A program made the position numbers and the translations under genes. Below the pieces are notes generated by a model, which saw only the letters and a program-made list of their open reading frames with translations, made no database searches and had not been told where the DNA came from. A DNA stretch of 64,000 nucleotides from an uncultured Gemmataceae bacterium. Its GTDB lineage: Bacteria > Planctomycetota > Planctomycetia > Gemmatales > Gemmataceae. This document shows, piece after piece, positions 39,495-51,900 of this stretch. Each line of letters begins with the position of its first letter. Positions within the stretch are counted from its first letter, which is position 1. The DNA lies in NCBI GenBank assembly GCA_963750165.1, contig CAVVPN010000004.1, positions 352,001 to 416,000 on the forward strand, written 5' to 3'.

Positions 39495-42400
39495 TCACGT
39501 TTTTCGCAGCGCCACGCGCACCCGGCGGGCGACTTCCGCGAACACCAGCACCGACGCCGTGCCCGCCGCGATCAGTATCCACTGTACCACACTCAGCGGC
39601 TGCACCTTGAACACGTCGCCGCCGAACGTCACGATCAGCACCTGGCCGACCGCCACCGCGCTGGCGATTATCAGGAACGTGGGGTTGCCCAGCAGCCCAC
39701 TGAAGCCGCTCATGTCCGCCGTCAGCGATCGGCTGTTGATCTGGTTCCACACCTGGAAGAACACATAAATCGAGAAAAAGATGCTCACCTGTAACACTGT
39801 GTATGCAACCTCCACCTCCTGCCGGCTGTCGTCGTGGGCCCAGAACCAGTGGCCGCCCTCGGCCTTCAACTCCGACGCCGGCGCCGCCCTGCGCGTGCCC
39901 TCCGCCTCCACCGACCAGGCGTCGTCCCGGTGCGCGAACCAGCCGGGGCTGTCCGGACTGCCCTTCATGCCCAGCAGCAGCGCCAGCATCACCACCACGA
40001 AGAACGCCGCGGTCACGCCGATGGTGCGCAACATGCCCGGCGTCAAAATGTTCTCGTCGCGCTTCTTCGGCGGGTAGTGCATCACGTCCGGCCGCGGCGG
40101 CTCCGAGCACAGCGCGATCGACGCAAACGTGTCCATGATGACGTTGATCCACAACAATTGCAGCACCGTGAACGGCGCCTTCACCTGGAACAGCAGGATG
40201 CCCAAAAACGTGATCGTCAGGGCGCTGACGTTGATGGTCAGCTGGAACTGAATGAACCGCTGGATGTTCTCGTACAGCGACCGGCCCCACTGTACCGCCT
40301 TGACGATGGTGGCGAACGAGTCGTCCAGCAGCACGATCTTGCTCGCCTCCTTGCTGACCTCCGTGCCGGCAATGCCCATCGCCAACCCCACGTCCGCCTT
40401 CTTCAGTGCCGGGGCGTCGTTGGTGCCGTCGCCGGTGACCGCCACGACCTCGCCCAGTTCCTGCAACAATTTGACCATGCGGAACTTGTCCAGCGGCCGC
40501 GCCCGGGCGACGATGCGCAGGTGCGGCAGCCGCTGTTTTAGCTGCTCGTCGGTCAGCTGGTTGAAGGCGTCGCTGGTCAGGATGGTTGCGTCCGCGGTGT
40601 TGATGGCGGCGTCGCGCGCCGGCACCAGGCCGATCTCGTAGCCGATGGCCCGCGCGGTTTCGACATTGTCGCCGGTAATCATTTTCACTTCAATGCCAGC
40701 CCGCCGGCACTGCTCCACCGCATCCTTCACGTCCTCGCGCAGCGGGTCGCGGATCGCCACGAAACCCACGAACACCAGGTTGTGCTCCAGCGCTTCACGG
40801 ATCGCGTGCAGCGCGTCCTCGGTCGCCGCTGTCTCCGCCGGCAGAATGGCGTAGCCGAAGCCGAGCGTGCGCATCGCCTGCGCCGCCGAATCGCGCAACT
40901 GCTCCTGGACCCGTGCCCGGTCGGCCACGGTTAATGACCGCGTTTCGCCGTTCAGGCCCTGGATGGACGCGCACTGCTCCAGCACCCATTCCGGCGCCCC
41001 CTTCACCAGCACCACTAACCGGCCGCCGTAGCGCACCACCGTCGTCATGCGCTTGCGCTCGGACGAGAAGTGGATCTGATACAACGGCTCGAACTGCAAC
41101 CGCAGTTTGCCGTACTCGGTGCCCGCCGCGCGCAGCCACTGCAACAGCGCGCCCTCCGTCGAGTTGCCGACCGTGACCGTCTTGCCCTCCTTTTCCTCCA
41201 GGTTTGCGGTCGAGTTCACCGCTCCGATCAGCGCCAGCCAGTCAATCGGCTGGCCGTCGCGCGGCCACGGGGCGTGCGGGTCCGGCTGCACCCACGCCGG
41301 CGTGCCGCGGTCGAACGTCTGGCCGTCGATGCACAGTCGGTCCACCTGCATCTTGTTCTGCGTCAGCGTGCCGGTCTTGTCCGAGCAAATCACCGTCGCC
41401 GAGCCGATGGTTTCGCACGCCACCAGCTGCCGCACCAGCGAGTTGGCTCGCGTCATCTTCTGCATCGCCAGCGCCAGCGACACCGTGACGCTCATCGGCA
41501 GGCCCTCCGGCACCGCCACCACGATGATGATGACCATCGTCACGAAATAGCCCAGCAGTTCGCCGAAGACGCGCAGCGCCTGCTCGGCCACGTCGCCCGG
41601 CTGCGAGCCCGGCCAGAAGATTTCGCCGACCATGATGCCGCGGACCAGCTGGGCCAGGAAGATCAGCACCGCCGCGAGGTAGCCGACCTTGCTGATGAGG
41701 TCCGCCAGATTCGTCAGCTTCAGCTGCAGCGGCGTCAGTTCCTTGGAGATCGTCAACTTGTGCTTGACGCGCTTCTCCTGCGAACTAGCTGGGGCGGCCC
41801 CCTCCGGCGCCTCGGCCTCCTCGTCCTCGTCGGTGGACAGGCGGCGGGCGATCTGGCCCAGGTACGTCGCGTCGCCGACCTCCGCGACCATCATCAACCC
41901 AACGCCGTCCACCACCTGGGTGCCGCGATACAGACAGCCGGGCTGTTCGGGGCCGTCGGCGGTATCGTCGGCGGGCCGCGGCTGCTTGCGCACCGGCTCG
42001 GACTCGCCTGTCATCAGCGATTGATCGACGAACAGCTCCGTCGCCTTGAGCAGCCGGCCGTCCGCGGGGATTTCGTCGCCGGTCTCCAGCAGCACGGTGT
42101 CGCCGACCACCACGCCGTCGAGCGGGACAGTTTGCACGTCGCCGTCGCGGATCACCTTGGAACGCAGCGCGTCCTTTTTGGCGTTCAGTACCTCGAATTC
42201 GCGGTCGCTCTTGTACTCACTGGCGAAGGCGACGCCGGTGGCCAGGATGACCGCGACCATGACGGCCAGGCCCTCCACCAGCACATGGCCGGTCGTCAGG
42301 CCAAGGATGAACAGCACGATGGCACCGCCAAAGAGAATGGTCGGAATCCACCGCGCCTGCCGGAGCACGTAGGCAGCGATCACCGCGACGAGGACGAGGC

Positions 42401-42653
42401 CAACGCCGACGCCACCGACGCCGCGGTTCGCCTTGAACAGATCGACCGCCATCGACAGCAGGGCGGCGGCCAGCAGAATCTTGATGATCGGCTCGTCGAA
42501 TTTCTCGATGAACTTCAGCCACAGCGGCTCGCGCGGCAGCGGCGTCAGCGTGTTGCGGCCGAACTGCTGGGCGCTATGGGCGACGGCGTCGCCGCTCAGG
42601 CCCCTCTCGACGGACGTGGGGAGCTGCTTCTGTACGTCAACCAGTGTGCGCAT
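39495..42653 (-). CDS. Calcium-translocating P-type ATPase (PMCA-like)
   Basis: TGES, VAVPEGL, DKTGT, KGAPE, TGDGTND, QLLWINVIMD. Confidence 0.95.
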   Translation of the reverse strand: MRTLVDVQKQLPTSVERGLSGDAVAHSAQQFGRNTLTPLPREPLWLKFIEKFDEPIIKILLAAALLSMAVDLFKANRGVGGVGVGLVLVAVIAAYVLRQARWIPTILFGGAIVLFILGLTTGHVLVEGLAVMVAVILATGVAFASEYKSDREFEVLNAKKDALRSKVIRDGDVQTVPLDGVVVGDTVLLETGDEIPADGRLLKATELFVDQSLMTGESEPVRKQPRPADDTADGPEQPGCLYRGTQVVDGVGLMMVAEVGDATYLGQIARRLSTDEDEEAEAPEGAAPASSQEKRVKHKLTISKELTPLQLKLTNLADLISKVGYLAAVLIFLAQLVRGIMVGEIFWPGSQPGDVAEQALRVFGELLGYFVTMVIIIVVAVPEGLPMSVTVSLALAMQKMTRANSLVRQLVACETIGSATVICSDKTGTLTQNKMQVDRLCIDGQTFDRGTPAWVQPDPHAPWPRDGQPIDWLALIGAVNSTANLEEKEGKTVTVGNSTEGALLQWLRAAGTEYGKLRLQFEPLYQIHFSSERKRMTTVVRYGGRLVVLVKGAPEWVLEQCASIQGLNGETRSLTVADRARVQEQLRDSAAQAMRTLGFGYAILPAETAATEDALHAIREALEHNLVFVGFVAIRDPLREDVKDAVEQCRRAGIEVKMITGDNVETARAIGYEIGLVPARDAAINTADATILTSDAFNQLTDEQLKQRLPHLRIVARARPLDKFRMVKLLQELGEVVAVTGDGTNDAPALKKADVGLAMGIAGTEVSKEASKIVLLDDSFATIVKAVQWGRSLYENIQRFIQFQLTINVSALTITFLGILLFQVKAPFTVLQLLWINVIMDTFASIALCSEPPRPDVMHYPPKKRDENILTPGMLRTIGVTAAFFVVVMLALLLGMKGSPDSPGWFAHRDDAWSVEAEGTRRAAPASELKAEGGHWFWAHDDSRQEVEVAYTVLQVSIFFSIYVFFQVWNQINSRSLTADMSGFSGLLGNPTFLIIASAVAVGQVLIVTFGGDVFKVQPLSVVQWILIAAGTASVLVFAEVARRVRVALRKT

Positions 42654-42702
42654 GATTTGCTTCCTTCGCCGCTGGCGTCCCTTGTGGTATGCTGAAAGGG
42701 GG

Positions 42703-42801
42703 AGTGCCAGGGAGGGCTTTCATCTCGTTTCATCTCACAGACCCCCTGGTCCGAATGGGGGCTCGCGGATTCCCTTGGGTATAGTGTCGCAAATCGACAC
42801 T
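42703..42801 (+). repeat. Composite intergenic element: copy B (42703-42742), 17-mer CGCGGATTCCCTTGGGT (42764-42780), 7-5-7 palindrome (42783-42801)
   Basis: Matches to 410-449 (-) and 55576-55592 (-); AGTGTCG-caaat-CGACACT. Confidence 0.7.
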
Positions 42802-42985
42802 GCACGGCAATGCAGGGCATTGGGTGCAGTCTGAAAGGAATTCGAGCCTGAAAGGGAAATCTTGAAGGGGGGCGCGGCTATCCCTTGCCCAGCACGGCGT
42901 CAACCACCCAGCAAGCGCGTGCGTGCCGGGCTGGCGGCAGTGATCGAGCAGGGCGGCGTCGGTGCAGCAGGAGACGGCGTCGGGA

Positions 42986-45900
42986 TCACCCACCCACCAG
43001 CTTCAGATACTCCGGCGACCCCACCAGCGCGGCGATGACGATCTCATCCCGCCCACCGCCTTGCAGATACTTCACGTTGCCGTTCAACCCGTTGGTGTCC
43101 GCGGCGCGGCGCAGGAAAGTCTGGTAGAAGCCCATCACCAGATCGGTGTCGTACTCGGCGCTGGACAGGATGGCGGTGGCGATCTGGCTGGTGGGCACGT
43201 GCAGCGAGAGCACCTGATCCCAGTAGGCCTCCGACGGCGCATCGACCGGCCGGCCCAGTGCGTCCTCGTACAGCGCCTTCACGAAGCCGTCGTTGCTGCC
43301 GCCGCCGTGGCCGTTGAAGTATTCCGGCGAGCCGATCAGGTAGGCCGCCACCTGCTCCAGGGTGCCGCCGCCACGCAGGAACGACACGAAGCCGCTCAAC
43401 CCCATCGGGTCCGCCGGCCGCGACAGGTACTGCTCGTACAGCTGATTGACCTTCAGCATGCGATACTCGTCGCTGTTCATCAGCGCCTGGGCCACCTGCG
43501 TGCGCGTCATCAGGCCGGCGTCGAGCTGACTCGACCAGCCCGCCAGGCCGTTCGGGTCCGCGGGCCGCTGCAGCAGGTCCAGGTACGCCTGCTCCACGAA
43601 CGCCTGCGTGACCGTGGTCACCGTCTCGCTGACGACGCCGCTGTTGGTGCTCTTGAAGTGGTTGTCACCGGTGTAGGACGCGAACAGCGTGTGGGTCCCC
43701 TGGCTCAGGCCCGTCAGCGTGCCCGTGGCCACGCCGTTGTTCAGCCCGACCTGCATCATCGCCGTGCCGTCCACGTAGACCGTCACCATGCCCGTTGCCG
43801 TGCCGGCCCCCGGCGCCACCGGCACCACCACCACCGTGAACGGCAGCGCCGCGCCCACGGCGACCGACTGGACGGACAGTTGCAACGCCTCCTTCGTGCT
43901 GGCCGCGTTCACGATCAGCACCGTCGATCTGGAGCCGCCGTTGAACTGGCCGTCGCCGCTGTAAGTGGCCGTGATCTGACGGGCGCCCACGGCCAGGGTC
44001 TTGGTCGTGAATGTCGCCTGGCCCTGGCCGTTGACCGGCACCGCGACCTGCGCCACGCCGTCCACGGCGAAGGTGACCGTGCCGGTCGGCCCGGTTCCGG
44101 ACGCCGGCGTCACCGTGGCCATGAACGTGGCCGGTTGGCCCCAGACCGTCGAGGTGGTCGGCGGCGTGAGCGTCACTGTGGTGCTGGCCCTGGTGACCGT
44201 CTGGCCGCCAGGCAGCGCGCTGCTGCCGGCCGCGAACGATCCGTTGCCGGCGTAGCTCACCTGGACGCCGTGCGCCGTGGCGCTCACGCCCAGGCTGGCA
44301 GTCTGATACACCGCCTGGCCGCTGGCATTCAGGGCGACGCCGCTGGCCACGGTCGTGCCGTCGATGACGAAGTTCACGGCCCCGCCTGGCACCACCACGC
44401 CCGGCGCGGACACCGTGGCCGTGAACGTCACCGGCTGGCCGTACGCCGACGGGGTGAGGCTGGACGTGACCGCCACCGACGGGGTGGCCACGAAGACAGT
44501 CTGGTTGATGGTGTTGGACGTGCTGCCGTTGAAGTTGACGCTGCTGCCGCCGTTGAACGCCGCCGTGATCGAGTACGTGCCCGGTTGCGGCACCAGTGTC
44601 GCCTGACCGTTGGTCAAGGCCACGGTGGTGGTCCCGACCGAGGATCCGGAGCCGGTGATCGTGAAGGTCACGGTGCCGTCCGGCACACCGGCGGTGCCCG
44701 ATGGCGCCGGCGCCACCGTGGCGGTGAGGACCGCCACGCCATACGACGCGGAGGCGTTGCTGGTGGTCAGCGTCGTTGTGCTGTTGGCCTTGTTGACAGT
44801 CTGCGACACACCGGCCGAGGTGCTGGCGGTGTAGTCGGTGTCGCCGGCCCAGGTGGCGGTGATGGTGTGACCGCCGGCGTTCAATTGCGTGCTCGAAGTG
44901 GTGACGAAGATGGCGTTGCCGCTGGCGTTGACAGCGGCGGTGCCCAGCGGCGTGCTGCCGTCCTTGAACGTCACCAGGCTGCCGACCGTCGGCGTGTAGC
45001 CAGCCACCGAGCCGGTCACGTGGGCCATGAGGGTGACCGTCTGCTGGCCGTAGCTGGACGGGTTGGGCGTGTTGGCCGTGATGGCCGTCGTGGACGACGC
45101 CTGGGTCACCGTCTGGCTGAAGCCTGGCGAGGTGGCCTGTACGTAATTGGTGTCGCCGGCCCAGGTGGCGGTGATGGTGCGCACGCTGCCGAGCAGCTGG
45201 GTGCCGCTGGTCATGTAGGTGGCATTGCCGCTGCCGTCGAGCAGGCCGGTGCCCAGCGTCGTGCTGCCGTCCTTGAACGTGACCACCGTTCCGGATGTCG
45301 GCGCGAAGCCGTTTACCGTGCCGGTCACGTGCGCGGTGAAGGTCACCGCCTGGCCCAGCGTGGACGGGTTGGGGTTCGACACGATAATGGCCACCGTCGG
45401 CGTGGCCTGGCCAACTGAGAAGGCGAAGTTGCTCGACGTGCTGCCGCTGAAGTTCGTCTCGTTCATCGCCGGGGTGTAGACGGCGATGAGCGTGTGCGGC
45501 CCAACCGTTAACTGACTGCCGGACTCGGCGTAGCTGGCGGTGGCGGTGCCGCTGACGTTCGCCAGGGTGCCGCTGCCCAGCAGGTGGGCCATATCAACGA
45601 CGCCGTTGTAGAAGCTGACCGTGCCCGTCGGCTCGACGGTGCCGACCGTCGGCGTCACGGTGGCGGTGAACGTCACTGGCTGGCCGAGGGTCTGCGAACT
45701 GGGAGTCGCGGCGGTGAAGGCCGTCACGGTCGTGTGCCGGCTGACCGTGAAGGGGAAGCTGGTGGTGGTCTGGCTGCCGCTGTAGTTGATCTCCGTGGCG
45801 GCGGCCGTGTAGACGGCGACGACGTTGTGGTTGCCGCCGGCCAGCTGGGTGGACATGGTCACGAAGGTGGCGGTGGCGGTGCCGAGCAGGTTTACCAGGG

Positions 45901-48900
45901 TGCCGGTGCCGAGCAGGTTCGCCGCTGACACCGAGCCCTCGTAGAAGCTGACCGTGCCCGTCGGCTCGGTCGTGCCGAAGGTCGGCGTCACCGTGGCGCT
46001 GAGCGTGACCGCCTGGCCGAAGACCGGCGACGCCGGGCTCTCGCCGGTCACGGTCGTCGTGGTCGCGGCCTTGCTGATCGTGAAGGCGCTGCCGGTGGTG
46101 GTTCGGCTGGCGCTGAAGTTGGGGTCGGTCAACGGGGCGTAGGCGGCGAGGATGGTGTGGGCGCCGCCAGTGAGTTGGCCGGCCGTGATGGTGTAGCTGG
46201 CGGTCGCGGTGCCGCCAACGTTCGCCAGGTTGCCGCCGCCCAGGTAGTGGACGGGGTCGATCACGCCGTTGTAGAAGTTGACCGTGCCCGTCGGCTCGGT
46301 CATGCCAACGGTGGGCGTGACCGTGGCCGTGACCGTCACTGGCGTGCCGAAGGCCGCAGAGCTGCCGGGGCTGGGGGTGGTGATGGTCGTCGTGGTCGTT
46401 TGTGTGGTGATGGTGTAGCTGACAGCGGCCGATGTGCTGCCGACGAAGAACGGATCAACGCCCGTCTGGTCGTAGACGGCGGTGATGCTGTGCATGCCGC
46501 CGGTTAGCTGATCGACCGCGGTGGTGAAGGTGGCCACGCCGCTGCTGTTGGGCGTGGCGGTGCCCAGGATGGTGCTGCCGTCCAGGAACGTGACGATGCC
46601 GGTGTAGGCCGGCGTGATGCCCGTCTCGGTGGTCACCGTGGCCGTGAGGGTCACCGCTGTGCCGAAGACGGAGGGGCTGGCCGGACTCACCTGCGAGATG
46701 ACCGTGGTGGTGTTGGCCCTGATGCGCTGCAGCACGAGTTGCGGCGGCGTGGCCATGCTGTTGACCGTGGCGCTGAATTTCATGCCGCCGGTGATGAAGT
46801 TGTTCGGCTGGCCGCTCAGGGCGTTGCCGAAGCCGTTCGTGAAGCCGCCCGTGGCCGTCATGATGACGAACGGCGTGCCGATGGCCGGCGTGAAGCCGTT
46901 CACCGTCGTCACGGCCAGGTTGGCGTTGCCCAGGTTCACGGCACCGGTGACGTTGTCCTGGTTGTAATTGCTCAGGGTGTTGCCCGGCGTGGTGCCGCCG
47001 AGCAGTACCTGATAGGTGGTGGCGTTGTTCAGGGTCGCGTCGCCGGTGGCAGTCAGGATGCCCGGCGCGTACACCCCAGTGGCCGTGGTGCCGGGCTCCA
47101 GCGTACCGCCGCCGGCCGCCGCCGTCACGGCCCCAACCGTGCCGGTGCCGCCCAGTGTGCCGCCCGCCAGCGCTACCGCGCCGATCTGGCCGGTCGGCCC
47201 GTCCACGAACAGCTTGCCGGCCTGCACTGTCGTCGTGCCGGGATAGGTTTCGGTGTTGGTCAGTTCCAGGCTGCCGGCGCCCGCCTTGGTCAGGCCCGCG
47301 GTGCCAGTGCCGGTGATCGGCGTCGAAACGACCAGGTCGAGGTTGGCCGGGCCGGTGGTGACCGTGAACGTGGGCGTGGCGTTGCCCAGCGCCAGCGTGC
47401 CGAGGCCGTTGACGGTCGCGCTGCCGAGAGCGTCCGAGGTGGCGGTCACGTTGCCGGCCAGCGTCACACTGCTGCCCGCCTGGCTGGCGGCGACGGTGCC
47501 GCCGGTCATGTTCAGGCTGGCAACCGTCAGCTGGCCCTCCTGTGACCCGTGAACGCCGGCCCCGGTCGTGACCAGGCCGTCGTTGACCGTCAGGGCGCCG
47601 ACCGTCTCGGTCTGGTCGTTCAGGTCGAAGGTGCCGTTGCTGTTTACCGTGACCGCGGACGTGTCGGCGATCTGGTCGCCGGCCAGCAACTGCGCAAAGG
47701 CGGTGCTGAGCAGCTGGCCGTTGCCGACGGCGAGGTCGCCGGCGAGGGCGTTCACGCCGTCGGTCTTGTCGAGTTGCAGGATGCCCTGGTTGACCTGGGT
47801 CAGACCGGTGTAGGTGTTGGCCGCCGTGCCAGTCATGACCACGATGCCGGGGCCGACCAGGGTCAGGCCCTGGCTGCCGCCGCCGCTCTGGCCGATGGCC
47901 CCGCTCAGGGTCAGCGTGTCGGCTGCCCCGTCCACGCCGACGGCGCTGTTCGCCGCCAGGGTGATTGGGCCGGCCCAGGTGTCGGTGAAGCCGCTCACGT
48001 TTTCCAGCGCCCCGGCGTTGTTGAAGCCGGGACCGCTCAACTGCAGCGCCTCGACCGGCACGGTGATGTTGCCCTGCACCTGGAGCGTGGCGCCCCTGGC
48101 CACAACGGTGCCGCCCTGGCCGCCGGCGGTCGTCTCCGTCACGACGATACTGGTGCCGCCGCCGATGGCCGTGCCGATCAGCAGCGACTGGTTGAGCATG
48201 GCCAGACCGGGTCCGCTGAAGCTGACCGAGTAGACGCCGCCCGCCTGCGTCACGGTCACGCCGCCCGCGCCGATGGTGGACAGCCCGTCCAGGGCCGTCT
48301 GCACCTGCGCCATCGAGGCGCCAACCGGCAGCGCGGCGGTCGTCTGGCCGTTGAAGCCCAGCGTGAACGAGCCGCTGGTGCCGGTGACGGTGATCGTCTG
48401 CAACTCCGTCGTGTTCAGGCCCAGGGCCTGGGCGTTGGCGACGTTCACGACCCCCTGGTTGACGAGGGTGACGCCGGTGTAGGTGTTGGCGGCCGTCAAC
48501 GCCAGCGTGCCGGTGCCGAGCTTGGTCAGGGTGGACGCCGGCGCCGGCAGCGGCGCCGGATCCTGGAGGATGCCGCTGATCGTTAGCTGGGCGTTCGAGT
48601 TGACGCCGATGGCGGTGTTGGTTTGCAGGGTGATCGGGCTGGCCCAGGTGTTGTTGCCACTGACGTTGACCAGGGCGCCCGCGCTGGCCGGGGTGGGGCC
48701 GCTGCCGTTGAGCACCAGGTTCTCGCCGGTCACCGTGCCGGACGCGCCGACGCCGAGCGGATCGAAGTCGAGTTCCAGCGCCGCGCCGCTGCTCACCAGG
48801 GTGCCGATGCCGCCGTCCGCCACGGTGCTGACGGCAGCGCTCAGGCCGCCGTTGCCCTGAACGGTCAGCAGCGGTTGCGCGCCGGTCAGCGTGCCGGTGA

Positions 48901-51900
48901 AGGTCACGGTGAAGATGCGATCCACATTGGCCGGCGTCGTCGTCGGTGTGGCCAGCGTCACGGTCACGTTGCCGACGCCAATGGTGGACAGGTTCGCCAG
49001 CGCTGTCTGCACCTGGACGGCGGTGGCGTTGAAGGCCAGCGGCGCGGTGCTCTGGCCGTTGAAGCTCAGCGTAAACATGCCGGTCGGTGTGCCGCCGATG
49101 GTGACGCGCTGGATCGCGGCAGTGTTGGTGTTGCCCAGGGCGCCCGGGTCCTGGATGCGGAGGGTGCCGGCGCTGACGTAGGTGGTGCCGCCATAGGTGC
49201 CAGTCTGGGTCAGCACCAACCGGCCCGCCCCGACCTTGCTCAAACCAGTGGTGACGCCCTGGCCGATGGCGCCGCCAATGGTGAGGGTGTCGGTCGCGTT
49301 GGTGACGTCGATGGCCACGACGCCGACCGGCAGCGACGCCGGTGAAAAGGCCGGCAGACTGTCGAGGGTGATCGGCCCGGCCCAGGTGTTGTTGCCGCCG
49401 GTGTCGAGCAGGGCGCCGGTGCCGAAGACGCCGGTGCCGGTCAGCGTCAGCATCTTGCCGGTGACGACGACCGGCTGGCCGGCGAGCGGGCCAAGGCTCG
49501 GTGTTTGCAGTTGCAGCTGGGCGCTGTCGAGCACCTGGACGCCGTTGGTGGCGCCGCCCAGGGCCTGCGCGTTCTGCACCTGCAAGACCCCCTGGTTGAC
49601 ATACGTGGTGCCGCCGTAGGGGTTGGCGGCGGACAGGACCAGCAGGCCGCCCATTTCCTTGGTCAGGTTGTAGTTCGCGCTGTTGTCGGTGATGGTGCCG
49701 GTGCCCAGCAAGGTGGGCGCGGGACCAATGGTCAGCGAACTGCCGGAGTCCACGCCGATGGTGGAATTGGTGTTCAGCGTCAGCGCGCCGGTGTAGTAAT
49801 TGGTGCCGCTGACGTTGTGCAGGGCGCCGGTGTTGTGGCCGTTGCTGGCGAAGCCGTTGCCGTTGAGCGTGATCGGCTCCGATTGCAGGCTGGACTCCAG
49901 CACCAGGGCGGCGCCCGAATCCACGACGGTGTTGCCGGTGGCGGTGGCGGCGCCCAGGGCCTGCGGATTCTGCACCACCAGCTGGCCCTGCTGCACCTCG
50001 GTGACGCCGCCGTAGGTGTTGGCCGCGCCCAGGATGACATCGCCCTGGCCGATCTTGACCAGGCGCGGGTCGCTGCCCGGCGTCAGATCGGTGATGCTGC
50101 CGATCAGGTTCAGCTGGGCCACCGAGAGGCCGTTGGGCAGCGCCTGGTTGCCGTTGGCGTTGATGGTGACGGTGTTGTTGACCGGGTCGCCGGCCAGCAT
50201 GATCGGCCCGGCCCAGACGGACGAACCGCTGACGGCGCTCAGGGCGCCGGAGTTGGGCTGCAGGTTGTCGAGGGTGAACTGGTACAGGCTCCGGCCGTGG
50301 GTGGCGGCCGTCAGGACGTTGAGGGCCTGGTTCAATTCCAGGTCGGTCACCTGGACGTTCGGCAGCCCCAGGCCGAAGCGCGACCAGACGTTGCCGTTGT
50401 TGGTGGACAGGTACACGCCGTTGTCGGTGCCCAGGTACACGTAGCCGTTGCGCGGGTCGATGAGGAGCTTGTTGACTGGCACGCTCGGCAGGTTGCCGGT
50501 CACGTTGATCCAGGTCTGGCCGGCGTCGGTGGACCGGAACACCTCCTGGCCGCCGAAAACGTTGCGCGTGACATACACAGTGTCGCGGTTGCGCGGATCG
50601 ACTTCAATGTCGCTGATCGAGCCGCCCAGGGTGGTGCCGCGCGTGACCCAGGTCTGGCCGTGGTCCTTGGTCACGTACACCTTGGTGCCGTCGGTGGCGT
50701 AGATGGTGTCGGGGTTGTACAGGTTGGCGCCCTGGTCGGTGATCAGCGGGAAGCCCGGGTCGGCCACGAACGTCCCCTGATATTCGGCCAGGGACAGGGC
50801 CGTGACGTTGGCCACCAGGTGCAGGTTGACGAAACTGGCGCCGCCGGTGGTCGATTCCAGGATGCCGCCGCCGATGCCCACGACGATGCGGTTGTCGTTG
50901 ATGGGGTCCACATGAACGGTGTTGACGGCGCCGGCGACGATGTTGGGGGTGAAACTGCCAGAGCCGCCGCCCGTTGTGGACTTGCCCATGCTGTTGTTGA
51001 TGATGTCGTAAACGTTGAGCGGGTTTTTCGGGTCCACGACGACACCGGTGCCGGTGCCCTTGTCCACCTCCGCCCACGTCTGGCTGCCGGTGTACTCATC
51101 AATGCCGTTGTTCTGGCTGGCGCCCCAGGCGGTGTTCAGGTTCGTCGGGCTGACCGCCGCCTGGTTGAACTGGGTGATGGCCAGTCCCGTGCCGTTCAGG
51201 TTGGTCCACAGCTTGGTGGCGGCGTTCAGCCTCCAGACGCCGCCGTCGTTGGCGTCGATGACGTTGCCGTTGGGGTCCACGACGAGGGCGTGCTCGTTGG
51301 TATGCGGGCCATTGCCGGCCGTGTCCACCGAGATGTCCGTCCAGGTCATGCCGCCGTCGGTGGTCTCCAGCACGTGGCCGGCGTGGGTGACCGCGCTGGT
51401 CTCCTCCCCGCCGACGATCACGGTGCTGGCGTTCACCGCGACGATGGCGTTGTCGTAGTTGCCCTGGGTGCCGAGGTAGTTCGACGGAGCCGTGGGCACC
51501 GCCATCCAGGTGGCGCCGCCGTCGGTGCTTGTCTGGATGTCCAGCAGGACGCCGCCGGTGGTCGCGCTGGCGGCGTAGAGGGTCCCCCCGGCCACCGCGA
51601 TCTTGATGGTGCCGGCGCCGCGGGCCGTGGGGAAACCGCCGACGATCCAGCTCGGGGTGTTTGAGGTGGGGTTGGCGCAGACGTAGACGGCGTTATCGCC
51701 GCTGTTGGGGCCGGAGGCGGAGCCCAGGGCGGCAAACAACATCCCGCCGCTCAGCGCCACGTCCGACCAGGTGGCGTTGGTCTGCGGGAACATCAGGGCG
51801 GCGTTGTCCGTGGGACCCGTCGTGGTCATGTTGAGCCAGGTGGTGCCGTTGAAGCGCCAGACGCCGACGCCGCCGGTGGTCGCGCTGCCCGGGGTGGCAT

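Noticed and set aside
42986..43620. Adhesin C-terminus as a polymorphic toxin or autotransporter barrel
   Set aside because: It consists of helical DUF4214-like repeats and no immunity-like gene follows.
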